The translations under genes were made by a program, and so were the position numbers. A stretch of DNA of 63,781 nucleotides, filler included, from Peribolospora baueri (lineage: Eukaryota): the NCBI GenBank assembly GCA_029717555.1. It is 3 parts of 3 records of this genome, joined end to end, with 100 filler letters (N's around TTAATTAATTAA, not from the genome) between each part and the next. Parts side by side here need not be neighbours in the genome. Positions count along the whole stretch, not along the records: positions 26,936 to 53,593 come from JAMDHS010000147.1; positions 53,694 to 63,781 come from JAMDHS010000178.1; 1 more part is not named here. One strand, given 5' to 3'. The notes under the pieces are model-generated. The model did no database searches and was not told the origin of the DNA. It worked only from the letters and a program-made list of their open reading frames with translations. The first letter of the stretch is position 1; each line of letters opens with the position of its first letter. Shown here in pieces: positions 41,411 to 53,740 of this stretch.

Positions 41411-41649
41411 GCCGTGTATGTTGGAGACAAGTGCGAGGGAGAAAAGCGGGGCCTGCGGGGCGAGGGACGACAAAATCGTTAGTCGCTGGGCTGGCGCGAG
41501 CGGGCAATTCCTTCTTTCATCCGGGCGTCTCGATCAATCCATCTTGCATTCACTCTACCACTCGGCAACCCCACCCTTCACTGCCTAGCACTCCCTTCTC
41601 CGGTTCGATAGGAAAGGCCGCTGGCTCTCCACCGCCTACGGAGCTCACC

Positions 41650-43794
41650 ATGGCGTCCACAGAGAAGCGCTTCCCCGAGTCGAGGTCTGTCGCCGTCGTG
41701 GGCGCCGGCCCCGTCGGTTGCCTGGCCGCACTCGCGCTGGCGAACCGAGGTTGGGAGGTGGATCTCTTCGAAGCTAGGGAAGGTACGTAAGGGGTAGAGG
41801 ATTCTTGGTTCGAAGTCGACAGACTTGGGCCATCGCTTTTCCTGTAAACGTGATCGAACCTCGAATGCTGACTGACTGACTGGGTCCTGTTGGCCGTTCG
41901 CATTCGCTGTAGACCCTCGCCTCTCGTCCACGCCTCGCGCTGCCCAGCGCTCCATCAACCTCGCCCTCTCTGCGCGTGGTATAGAAGGCCTGCACTGGGC
42001 GTCCCTCACCTCCATGGGTCCGGCCTTGGCAGTGGAAGGGCTCGTGTCCAAGGTCCTTCAGTCCGCTCTGCCCATGAAGGGACGCATGATCCACGCGAAG
42101 GACAGCCGTGGGGACATGCAACTCGAGAGCCAGCCTTATGGGCTGAACGGAGAGGTGAGGCCTGTGTCTCCTTAAAGGTTCAAGGTCGCCCTTCGACCCG
42201 ACCAGCTCATCATGCGTGCCCCGCCCTATACGTCCCGGTCCGCTGCGTAGTGCATCAACTCTGTCTCCCGGAATGATCTCAACTCTCTGCTTCTGGACGA
42301 AGCGGGGGCGCACCCCTATATCCGCACCCTCTTCGGTCATCGCCTTCGCAAAGTCGATTTTGACGCTCCTGAAGGAGCTGAGCTTGAGTTTGAGGTTCGC
42401 AGCGCAGAGGGGTATGTTTTTTTCACCTCCATGCGGACGACTCTTAAGCCGTCAGAGGACTGACCTTCCCTTCCTCACTCCCCTTCGTTTTTCGCCTCCA
42501 GGGCGTCCACGCCATATGCTTCCACGTACCGTGCCGACCTTGTTCTAGGCACCGATGGGGCTCACTCGGCGGTTCGACAACAGATCCAGAGAAGAGTGCG
42601 CATGGACTTCAGCCAGGAGTACATCCCTACCGCGTACATCGAGCTGCACATCCCCCCAGCAAAGGACGAGCAGGGCAGGGACGCTTTTGCAATGAGCCCT
42701 GAACATCTCCACATCTGGCCCAAAGGCGATTTCATGTTGATCGCATTGCCAAATCAGGTGAGATGGCCCGGTTCGTCAGCGACATGTGCCTCGTTCGTCC
42801 TGTCCTGTCCGCTGCGAAGTAATTGAATTCTAACTCCATTTTCCTGACTTTTTTTCAGGACAAATCCTTCACATCGACCCTGTTTATGTCCTTCGAGTTT
42901 TTCGAATCGATCAAATCCAAGGACCAGCTTCTGGACTTTTTCAAGACCCATTTCCCCGACTCGCTCCCACTTTTGGGAGAGGAGGAGTTGGTGCGGGACT
43001 TCTTCAGTCGGAGACCAAGCGGCCTGATGACGATCAGCGTAGGTCTAGACTTTGCCGATTGCAACGACGTGTGCTTCATCTTCCCCAGGTTGACTCGATC
43101 TGGACGATGTACCTTCCATCCTTTTCTCTGTTTGTCGCCTTCTCAGTGCCATCCTTATCACTATTCCTCCCGCGCGCTCCTTCTCGGCGACGCATCGCAC
43201 AACATGGTTCCCTTCTACGGCCAAGGCATGAACTGCGGCTTCGAGGACGTGCGAGTGATGCTCGAGTGTTTCGACCGGTTCGCCGTCTCTGGTGCCGCCT
43301 CCGCTTCCGTCGTCTCCTTATCCACGTCTTCCCCGTCTCTGATTTTCAATGACGACGCGACACACATGTCCGCCTCCATTACCGTCCCCGACCCAGACCC
43401 CGAGCTAACGGCCGCGCTGGAGCACTACACATCGACGCGCCACGCAGACCTCCGAGCCATATCCTCTTTGGCGCTGGACAACTTCCACGAAATGTCCTCC
43501 AGCGTTGTCTCACCGCTCTTCCTCCTCCGTAAGCGCCTTGACGCCGCGCTCTATCGGCTCGTTCCGTCAAGCTGGATGGCTGGCCTCGGATGGCTGCCGC
43601 TGTACACCATGGTGACCTTCCGGCCGGAGATCGGCTATGCGGCCGCGAGGAGGAAGGAGGAATGGCAGACGAGCGTCCTCAAGGGCGCTCTTCAGGGTTT
43701 CGTCGGCGCGCTCGGGTTCGCGGCAGCGGTCGGCGTCGGCGTCGCTTGGAGGCGGGGATTGATAGAGAGGCTGGCCAGAAAAATGGTCGGATGA
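41650..43794 (+). CDS. BNA4: Kynurenine 3-monooxygenase
   Basis: [94 protein letters not shown] and a C-terminal TM anchor. Confidence 0.95.
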
Positions 43795-44371
43795 GTTGAG
43801 CATCTAAATCGCATCCATGTCCGGCAGTGTTTTCATCTCCCTTTCCTTCCACACGCTCGCTTTCGCCCATACGCTCCTTTTCGCCACGCACACGTTCGTT
43901 TTCGCACTAGATTCCATCATCGCGACCTTCCCTTAGATCTTGTCCCGCTTCGTTTTCTCATGGGGTCGAAGAACTGTGCCCCAACCCCCCCCCACTCTCT
44001 TGTCTGCTCTGCCTCTGATCTGCAATGCACAACTCGTACGTACCTCGAGGAGCTCGATCCGAGCTTGCTTGCTTGCTTGCTCGTCCTATCTCTTTTTATC
44101 ATGTGAATTGCGACGCTTGGACGGGGAGGGAAAGCCACTGCACACGAGAAGCCAACCAAGGAGAGCGCGACTGAGCTGGCTGGCTGGCTGGTCCGGTCCA
44201 GATCGAGCTCGAGTGAGGTTTCTTCGACATATGCATTGCAGATCAGGCAGGAGCACACCGTGAGCGGGAGGGGCAAGCAAGGCACGAGCAGGAAAGAAAA
44301 GGAAAAAGGAAGGAAAAAGGAAGGGGGTCCCATGCTTTCCACATCTGTATCCTATCCCAGTCTACGTCTAC

Positions 44372-46961
44372 TTATACAGAAGGTGGCACGAAAGAATCGT
44401 AGTTGAACGGATGAGGGAAAGCGTTCTGCACCGCAGGCGGCTGTGAGGGCACGGTAATGGAAGGAGCGGGCAGTCCGGAAGAAGACGAAAGAGAGGCGGC
44501 GGCGGCGGCGGTGGGAGAGGAAGAGGAAGGTGTGTCCAGCACGGAGTCGAAGACAATGGTGTTTGGGTCGAAGGGGTCGAACGGAGGGAGAGGGAGATGC
44601 GGGGCGTCGAAGGGGCCGAAGGAAGCAGCAGAGGCGTAGCTCATGTTGACGCTCGTCCCGTAGGGGGAGAGCAAAGACGCGGGGACCGATGAGCCAGGTG
44701 AAAAAGGCGGCAGCGGCGGCGGCGGTACGGCCAAGTCGAAGAAGCCGGCACTCGCGGCAGACGCGGCGGACGCTGATGTCCTGTCCCCGAAGTTATGAGC
44801 CATCTTTTGTATCGAGACAGACGCGCCGGTGGAAACTGTGGTGGTGGAGGCAGTGTCAACGGTCGAGCCAGATATCCTCCGAGCTGCGTCCGTCGACATT
44901 GACAAGGACATGGGCGATGAGAAGGACGTCGAGCCACTAGCGCAGCGGGAGTCAAGCAGCTCGGCGTCGGGAAAAGACATCGACCCGGGCACCGACATAG
45001 ACATGGCCATCGCTTCAGGGGCCAAGGAGACAAAGTCGGCGTTGGATGCCCATTTCTCTAGCGGTGAACCCATGCCGAACCCGCCAAAGTCCGAGAGAGA
45101 GCCGAAGGAAGGCGCAGATAGAGACTTGGCGTTGGCGGCCAGTAAACTAGCGTTGGGTGTGGGAGCGGAGATGGAGCGCGTCATGGGCTGAGGGGCCGAG
45201 GTCGAGGGCGCGGAAGACGACGAGGCTGAGGTGGTCAACTGCAGGCGTGCCTGCTGTCTACGTTCCAAAAGCGTCGAATTGGACCCTTTCGTCATGCCCA
45301 CGCAGCCTTCACGCCCTCCCCGGCCAGTGCCAGCGCCAACGCCACCGGTCAGAGAGCTGGTCCTCGTGGCACCGGCGGCCTGTGCGCGAATCAGCGAACC
45401 CAGCTTGGCACCTCTTCTCTCGTCAAAGCCAAATGTTCCGCTCGGTGAAAAGAAGGTGGGAGTGTTGGGAGTCCGAGGAGTCTTGGGAGGAGCGAGGGGG
45501 TGCTGTTGGGAAGAAGGGATCGTCGGCGACGAGTTGGGCGTCGCTCGGTCTCTTGAGCTTGCACTCGCCCCAGCTTGTGCCCGCCAGGAATCTGTCAGCA
45601 AAGAAGCTTGAGACGAGGAGGAAGATCCACTGGAACGCCGATTTTCTTCCTCGTCCTGCTCGTGCTGCTGGAGCCAGAGGTTTTCGAGCGCCTTGAGTTG
45701 CTGCAACTCCATCGGACCGGGGTTCGAGCCATCGCCTTCGTCGAAGACCAGAGGACTGCCGGGCGCATCCAAGCGCCTAGGCGGGTCGGGGAACACCAGA
45801 GCGTCCAGGAGGCTCGATTGGTTCGTGTTGACCGTCAAATCTGGGATGGCGTCCGAATCAGTGCCAGCGCCGTGAAGGCTGTCCGTGCTGACCTGCGAAA
45901 ACGTGGTGTCGACGGAGAGAGTCGACGAGGCATTGGAGAAGGAGCGGCATGCGCGGGTGGAGGATCGAAAATCATGGGGCGCTGTTGCCATCTCAGCGGC
46001 CCGCCTCTGGGTGTCGGCCGTGTTAGGAACGGAATAGGCGGACAAGGAACGGACGTGTGCATGTCGATCTTCGCCTCCGTCGTCTCCGTGATGATTTCCG
46101 AACAAAAGCGGCATCGACATCGGCATCGGCATCGGCACTTCAGACGTCAGAGGGGACGAGAACCGAGGGGGACAAGGAGGGACTGCCGAGGATTTCGCGT
46201 CGCGGATCCGTAAATGGGACGCAAGCGAAGGGGCAGTGGGGCCCTGTGGGCTGGACGCCGCGGGCTTGCTGGCTCGGCAAGTGCCGCCGGTGACATCCAG
46301 CGAAGCCCGTCTTTGCAGAGGGCTGCTTTTGATGACCTTGCTGGGCATACTGGCATACGAAGAAGCTCGAGGCCGACTTGTGCCGGATCGAGCAGATGAG
46401 GAAGAGGTCTTCTGCGCAACATCGTCGGCACTGGCCCTTTTACGAGGCGGCGGAGCAAAGGTACACGCAGCCTCGGCTGCGGGGCCCGCGGCCTTACATT
46501 TTATGCAAGGCTGAGCGCCGTCACACTGTCCGGAGAAAGGATGGGCAAAAAAATGGACAGACGGACGGACGGTGAGTCCTGCTGTGCGTTACGGGCGAAG
46601 TAGATCGAGAAAGGAATGGGGCCGAGGGTGGACGCACTTTGGTTTTCTTGCCGCGACACGTCACGCAAGCCACCTTCGTCTTGGCCTTCTTCGCGGCCTC
46701 CACGCCTGCGGGGCTGTAGTCGGCTGTGACGAACCTGAACCGCTTGCGCACGGGCCTCGGCTTCCTGGCGGAAGCCCCGTCGTCGTCGTCGCGACCATCA
46801 TCATCATCGGACAGGTGTAGGCGCTCCTGAAGCCAATCATCTGATATGTCCTTGTCCTCGATCGAGGCGTCGATGGCAGCCGACGAGGCGGGAGACGAGG
46901 GCCAGCCCTGCTGCTCGCTCGGACCGCCGTCACCAGACATGTCCACGACGAAGGTCGTCAT
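44372..46961 (-). CDS. Zn(II)2Cys6 transcription factor with a long Ser/Pro-rich disordered tail, one intron
   Basis: After splicing: ACVTCRGKKTK|CDGAQPCIKCKAAGPAAEAACTF, continuing in frame into the 658-aa ORF 44372-46348. Confidence 0.85.
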
Positions 46962-47705
46962 CGCGTCGCCAATCTGACCGGCGTGGACAAAGCGAAGAAC
47001 CGGACGAAATTGCTTCGGGCCCGCCCACGGTTGTTTGCCCGCCGTTCTTCCTTCAGACGGAGATGTGCAACCTGGAGGAGTAGGCGGCGGAGATGGACGT
47101 ACCGAGGAAAGAGCAAGTTGGTGTTTGAGAGAGCGATTTCGACGAGCCGAGCGTCGGCGGCCGGCTCAATTTCGAGGAATGAGATGAAGGACAGCTGAGC
47201 CGAAATGAGCAGCGGTCGGAGCGGAAGGGAGGGAAGGAAGGAACTAAGCACGGCAAGAGGACGGTGATGAAAGAGCGGAGCGGCCTCGGGGAGGGAGAAA
47301 AGGAACGGAACGGCCGACGCTCTGACTTGCCATGCTCGGACGAGCCGGGGTGATGGTGGGGGTGAGGGAGAAGGATAGGATGAGATGGAAGGATGGAGGG
47401 GGGAGGTCCTTCGCCACCTATGAAACGAGAGAAGCGAGCGACCAAGCGTCGCTGACGGTGTGCGCGGAGGGAGGAGCAGATGGATCGGGTAAATCCGACG
47501 ACCCTCGCTCATTCACATCCCATCCATCTCATCGCGCCCAATCGTGTTGTCGTCCGTCTGGTCTGGTCTGCCGTTCGGTTCGCCCCCATCGAGCCGAGCT
47601 CGGAGCGCTCCGTCGAAGCGACGATCAACCGGAACGGAAAGAACGCTCTGATCTTGATCCCCCTTGACTGACAGTCCGTCAGAGCGACCCGACAAGGGTC
47701 GTCCG

Positions 47706-47755
47706 TCCATCGATCCATCCACCCATCCATCCATCCATCCATCCATCCATCCATC
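47706..47755. repeat. (CCAT)n microsatellite
   Basis: Direct reading of the sequence. Confidence 0.85.
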
Positions 47756-48845
47756 GCACAAGGCCATGCATGGCAACACAAGGCAATGCATGCGACGTGT
47801 CGCGCCGAGCCCGACGCCTACCGGTCGGCGCAAAAACCTGGGGAGCTGCGAGACGAGGGCGGAAGCAGTCGAGAGGAAGAAGGAAGCAGGACCGAGGATG
47901 GGCAGAGGGCGGCGGCGCCACTAGCCCGTAGACGGCGCTGATCGACCTGTTTTGGTCTCGGATGGGGGGCCAAGGGTGAGACCGACCTGCGAGGGTCACG
48001 ACACATCGACATCCACATCCGCCACTGCCTCTCTAATGTGTCACACGGCGCTGCAAGCCGCCTCGCGGTGCGGTACCACTTGCTCATTACGGCAGCTACG
48101 GAATTGCTGGGTCGGCCGGAAGAAGATGCGCCGGGCCATGGCGCGAGTAGTCGAGTCGTCGAGAAGTTATAGCCGAGGAAGTCGGAAACGTCGGATCGGG
48201 CCGATCGGAAGAACTCGCTCGACCTCGACTGCGGCGCGTGGGGCCTGCGCTGCGGTCGACCTACGCGAGCGCTTCCTTGCATTTCCATGCGCAACAACGA
48301 CGACGAGGGGGTATCGCAGACCGAGCAGGCGAGCAGACGCAGGCGGACGGATCTTCATGTCCTATCTGATATGAACACCACCTCTCTTCTCAGCCCCCCT
48401 CCGTCCGAGTCTTTCTTTTGGTGAGCGCACGCGACATGACGCGGCGCCGGTTCGTCCGCCCGTTTAAGGAGTGCATCCACAATAAGGTGGCCCAGAAGGA
48501 GACCACCGAAGGGCAGTTCGGTCGTCATGAGTCGTAAAGTTGCGTCTCCCATACGCTCGGCTCGCACCGACGGGCGGATGACGCGGGCTGATCTCGGCGT
48601 CGCTCGCTGACAGTGTACGCCGTGCCGCAGTCAACCCGCCCTGCTCATCATCTCGACGCTCGTCCATGACGATCGTCTTCGTCATCTTGTTCGACGACGG
48701 GAATCGTACGTCGTCCCTCTACTGAAGAAGACAACTCGGTTTTGAGATGCTGGGCTATACCAACCTCACCCGGACGAGGACGACGCGCCTCCTTCACATC
48801 TCTAATCGATTCCTTCGCTCCACCTCTTCTAGTGTCCAGCAAAAA

Positions 48846-49616
48846 ATGTCACAGGTGAGCCTTCACCAGGCGCCTTGTCCCACGCGAGGGTCTGACTGCT
48901 GCACTCTCCGGCGGACAGAAGAAAATGATCGTAGGAAAGGACGGCGAGCCGATCAAGGTCGGAGACAGGGTGTGGAGTCGCGCGCGCGGGGGAAAGCAGG
49001 AGGGCGTCGTGAGTGCAGTCGTGGCCATCTCCTTTGCGTCGTGCTTCCCAGGCGACGTCTCCACGATCCCGGCGACCCGACGTACGAAACGTTGTTTCCT
49101 TCCACCACAGGTCGAGGCGATCGTGAGGGACGACAGGGAGATCGCCTCGCTCGGAGACATCGGCGTGCCCATCAAGCATCCTCCCAAAGTGCGTCGACGG
49201 CTCCTGTTCGGACTCGCTGGGGCATCGTCGGGTGTGAAAAGAGATGGGATGGAGAGGACGGGCCCACGCTTTCGCGCTTTTCCTGACATGTCGTTTACCC
49301 CCTCCCTACCCGTTGCCTTGCGACGACCCATCCCGTGTCCCGACTGCGTCTGCGGCCCGCGCGTCTCGTTCGCAGGTCATCTACACCGACCAGGTGAGCC
49401 CGCTCAACCCTTTCCTTCCTTCTCTCAGCGCCTCTTCCTCCGTCTTCCTTTGTAAGCTCGCGCGGCATCGCAGCGTGACGTGACAGACCCATTTGGTCGT
49501 CTCCCGATGCTCCTCCCCCTCCCCATATTTCGCCGCGTCCACTCACCCGCTCACCGGCCATCTAGCATGGGCACAAGGTGTCTCACAACCCGGGAACGCT
49601 CGCCCACGTCGAGTGA
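48846..49616 (+). CDS. Small Hva1/TUDOR-domain (DUF2945-like) protein, five exons
   Basis: Spliced product MSQ|KKMIVGKDGEPIKVGDRVWSRARGGKQEGV|VEAIVRD...KHPPK|VIYTDQ|HGHKVSHNPGTLAHVE*, a typical family pattern. An in-frame upstream ATG lies at 48747. Confidence 0.8.
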
Positions 49617-50078
49617 TGTGATTCGATGCAATGGGATGGCGACGCACGGACGGGAGCCGATGGCCCCGGCCGGCCGTTGACTGTGGATTCATTACCCTCG
49701 TCCCATTCGTTTGCTCTTCCGAGTCGTGTTTTGGTCTCTACCTACTCGTTGTTCGTATTGTAGGCGCTCAACGCATAACCGCTGCTCATCGCTCACTGTA
49801 GGCAGGCAATGAACGAAGACTACGTCAGAAGAATCTCCCCGTTGGGGGTTGACCCCACCGCTGCGGCCGATCGGCCGGGGACGTCGGGGCACCGGATAAA
49901 TGATTGCCGAGTGGGCCGTGCAATTGCAGCAGATGCTTCTTCCTCCAGCCTCCAAGTCGTCGTCGTAGTCGTAGCAAAGCAAAGCAGCGCTGATCAGCGC
50001 TGACCAGAGCTGAGCATACCCTCTCTGTTCCTCTGGTAATACCCTCGTCCGTCTCCTCCTGACTTCTCGCCCCCAGCC

Positions 50079-52496
50079 ATGCCCGCTTCATCCGATCCGC
50101 CGCCTGCCCTGCCGCTTGAGCAACCGACGCTCTTGTCCTCCCTGTCGCCTCGTCGACTGCTCTCGAGTACCCAAGGCGGACCAACCTCCATTTCGCCTGC
50201 ACCCCCACCCGTATGCTTGCTCCCTCGCCAGCCGTTCCCAAACCACACGACCTGGAAGGTGACGACGCACACCTTCCCAGCCGCCTTTCCACGTACCTTG
50301 CCGACCTCCACTCGCCCGCCAGCTCAGCCCACGGAAGCCGAGCCGGTCCCTCTTCCTGGAGACGACAAGACAGTGTCCGACAAGATCAGGAAGGAATGGG
50401 CGAAGCGGGTGCTGGAGGATATGGAGAAGTCCCTCGTGGACGAGCGCTCGAAGGCGATGGAGGACAAGACGGCTCGGTGGGAAGAGGCCAAGGCGGAACA
50501 GCCACAGCTGCATTGCGTCGTCAACCGATACACCCGCCCCTTGTCGCTGAACGGGGGCGGGAATGGGACGGCACAGGGCCAGAACGGGCTCGTTATCGTG
50601 CTCGCTCACGCTAACGGCTTCCACAAGGAGGTGAGCCCGTCCGTTCGTCGGGTCGAGCCGTCAGGGCCGTGTCGTTGGACAACCGTGCTCAAGTTCTATG
50701 CGCTCTCCTTTCCTTTTTACTTTTTGTTCATTCCGCACTCTTCCCGCCGTCCTCATAGCTTTGGGAGGTATGCTTGGACAACCTGCTTTCGACAGTCAAG
50801 ACGCCCATTGCGGAGATCTGGTCTCTCGACGCCGTTCACTCGGGCGACAGCGGCCCTCTGAACAGAGAAAAGCTGGGGGACACCTGTGAGTGGACTTTGC
50901 TTTCGCTCTCCAACGAGAAGATCTGAGGCATTGTGGCTCAAGCTTGCGGCCGGGTGGACTTGATCGATCTATCGATCGCACCGCCCCGCTCGCCCCTCCG
51001 TTCTTCTCGCCTTTTCGCAGTCTATTGGCAGGACAACGTCCGCGACGTGCTCCAGTTCCTCACGCATTACCTCCCGCTCAGACCGGCCGACTCTCCTTCC
51101 CGGTCTTCGGCGCTGAGGCGTCATAGCGCGGCCCAAACTGCGCGCAACAAGGTCGTAGGTATAGGTGCGTTAGCCTTGCTGTCAGTCCGGCCAGTTATTT
51201 GTGTGAGACGCCTCACGGCGGCAGACATGCCCGAGGCAACACAGAAGAGGTGATGCATTTCCGTTGTCGACCGTCGTCTCCTTTCCACTCCACGCACCTA
51301 AAGGGCACTCGTTCGGAGGTTGCTCCATGGCGATGGCGGCGAATGCGCGGCCGGATCTCTTCAGCTCACTCCTTCTCGTAGACCCTACGATCGTAAGTCC
51401 CGAATTGGGTGAGTGGATCGTCGTCGGTCGGATCAAATGATGGGCGGGGGATCCGCTCGTATGCTCGGCGTGCACATTTGAACGAATCGCGCGACCTTTC
51501 TTTCTCCCTTCTCTTTCTTGTATGTAGCGGCCGTCCCATTTCAAGGCTGGCTTTCAAACCTCATGAAAGGTGCCATAACGAGGAGGGACAAGTGGAGGAG
51601 CAGGTGGGTGATCCGTTGGCGTGGCCACGCGTGTCGGACGATCCACGTACGCGGTCGCTGACGATCCGAGCCTTTTTGTTCCTGCGCCTCACACTCTCCT
51701 TTCGTTCGTTATTCCCCCGTCTCGTGATCCCTTCTCAGAGCCGAAGCCTACATATCCTTCGCCGCCAAGCCCTTCTTCGCCTCGTGGGACTCGCGCGTCC
51801 TCAAGCTGCACATTCGCTTCGGCCTCGTACCCGTCGACGAGCATTCTCCCGACGACCTTGACGTGTCCATTGAGGATCCTGAAAAGAGGGGAGCAGAGAG
51901 CGGGGAAGTGACGCTCAAGTGTTCGAAGCTGGACGAAGCGAGAACTTTGTGAGTGTGAGCTTCTCCTTGCGCGTGAGCGTCATCTCTCTTTCACTTACGA
52001 CACCTCCCCATCTCCGCATTGGGCGGCGTGTCCGTCGAACGACACTTCCCCCCTTTTTTTTTTTTTTTTTCGTCGCGCCATGTCCGACAGCGCGGAAAGC
52101 AGGCGATCGTCGACGTACGGGTGGCTCTGTCTCAACACCGGTCGTCTCTCGATGCCCGTCCATTTCGCCATCGCGACCGATGGCTCTGTGTTGTGAGCGT
52201 CGCCTCGCCTCGCCTCGCATGTTCGAAACCTTTGGCGTCCACGTCACTGACCGATCCACCCCTCCTTTCGCTTCCCCGTCTTATGCAGCGCGGGTGACGA
52301 GGAAGACGCGCGAACGGTGGCAGGGGCGCTCGCGCATGCGACGGTCGACATGATCCCGTCGGGCCACCTCATCCCTCAAGAACAGCCTCTCCTCCTCGCC
52401 AGCTCTCTCTCCGCCGCGCTCGATCGACAGTTCTGCTTCTCTGCGCCCGCGGGCCCGCCGCCGCCGACGGCGACGTCGCTCAAAGCCGTGTTGTGA
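50079..52496 (+). CDS. Alpha/beta hydrolase (Abhydrolase_6, Lpx1/toxin-biosynthesis-like)
   Basis: LAHANGFHKE, EIWSLDAVHSGDS, nucleophile GHSFGG, LLLVDP, RRDKW.S, FFASWD.RVL, VTLKC and GHLIPQEQP. Confidence 0.85.
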
Positions 52497-52560
52497 TGCG
52501 GATGGCATGGGCAGTTGAGTGGGGATCGTATGTATGTAGAGTAGACGGGAAACCGCGGCC

Positions 52561-52723
52561 GGAATCGGAATCGGAATCGGAATTCGAATCGGAATTGCAA
52601 TCGGGATCGGGAATCGGCGTCGAACGCAAGGCAAGGCAAGGCGTATTGCGTCTGGTGGTAGGGCCCATCCACCCATCCATCCATCCATCCATCCATTCAT
52701 TCATTCATTCATGCATGCATGCA
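52561..52723. repeat. Microsatellite cluster: (GGAATC)n, (GCAAG)n and compound (CCAT)n-(TCAT)n-(GCAT)n
   Basis: Direct reading of the sequence downstream of the hydrolase stop. Confidence 0.85.
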
Positions 52724-53593
52724 CGCCTGCGTGAAGGGGGCGCGGGGGAAGGGGAAGGGGGATAGCACGAGATGACGATTCGTCGGTTGGGCTCATCCCA
52801 TTCGATTTGGGCGAGCGAGAGCCAAGCCAGCACGCCAAGGCTAAATTTGAATTGCATTGATTGAATGTGGTGAGGGACCTTCGTGATATTTATCTGTCTA
52901 TTTATCTGTTTATCTGTCTCTCGCCAGAGACGGGGACGGGGACGGGACGTCGGAAGCCCCGTTCGTTCGTTAGTTCGTTCGCCCGACTGCGCTCGCTTGT
53001 GCATGCATAGACGCCGCGGGCCAGGCCGGGTCCCCTCTCCCTCCCTGCCTGCCTCCCTCCACGGTTTGGATAGGGCGGGCGAAGGGGATGCGGTGAGTAT
53101 CGCGTTAAGGAAAAAAAAAGAAAAAAAAAGTTGGCCGGACATTCTTTTGTCTGTTTTTCTTCCGGTTTTTCCTCTCTATCTTGCGTTGGGAAAAATTTCA
53201 GATGAGGGTTAAAGGCGGTCCGGTCCGGTCGTGCCTTCTCGGGAGAGAGTAGGCGCTACCGGGGCGCGCATGTGCTGTTCCTTGTTTTATTCCTTCATAC
53301 GACATGGGGTAGAATTAGAAAGGAGGATTGCAAAGCAGGGCAGGCAAGGTAGGCAGGCAGGTTGGTAGGCAGGGTAGACAAGACAGACAGGTAGGCAGAT
53401 AGGCGTCGTTGACAAATTAGGCAGGCGGGGCGAATCCCGAAAGGGAAGAGAGGGGAAGGAAGAAAGGAAATGAGGCGGGTGAGATTGCGAACCGTGTAGA
53501 TCGATGGAGCCGAGTCGAAGTGCGGTGAAGTAATGGAGGGCAAAGATCCCTGGCCAAGTCATCCGTCCGTTCGAAGGAAATTTTTAAAAAAAA

Positions 53594-53693
53594 NNNNNNN
53601 NNNNNNNNNNNNNNNNNNNNNNNNNNNNNNNNNNNNNTTAATTAATTAANNNNNNNNNNNNNNNNNNNNNNNNNNNNNNNNNNNNNNNNNNNN
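53594..53693. other. Artificial assembly gap/contig linker
   Basis: N44-TTAATTAATTAA-N44, flanked by homopolymer runs (A35 at 53701-53735). Confidence 0.95.
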
Positions 53694-53700
53694 GGGAGAG

Positions 53701-53736
<36 letters not shown>

Positions 53737-53740
53737 CGCA

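Noticed and set aside
46962..48746. Many short ORFs upstream of the Zn2Cys6 gene
   Set aside because: Low-complexity and microsatellite-derived; more simply a long promoter/5' UTR.
52485..52496. PTS1 on the alpha/beta hydrolase
   Set aside because: It ends in AVL, lacking the basic middle residue, so this is not supportable.
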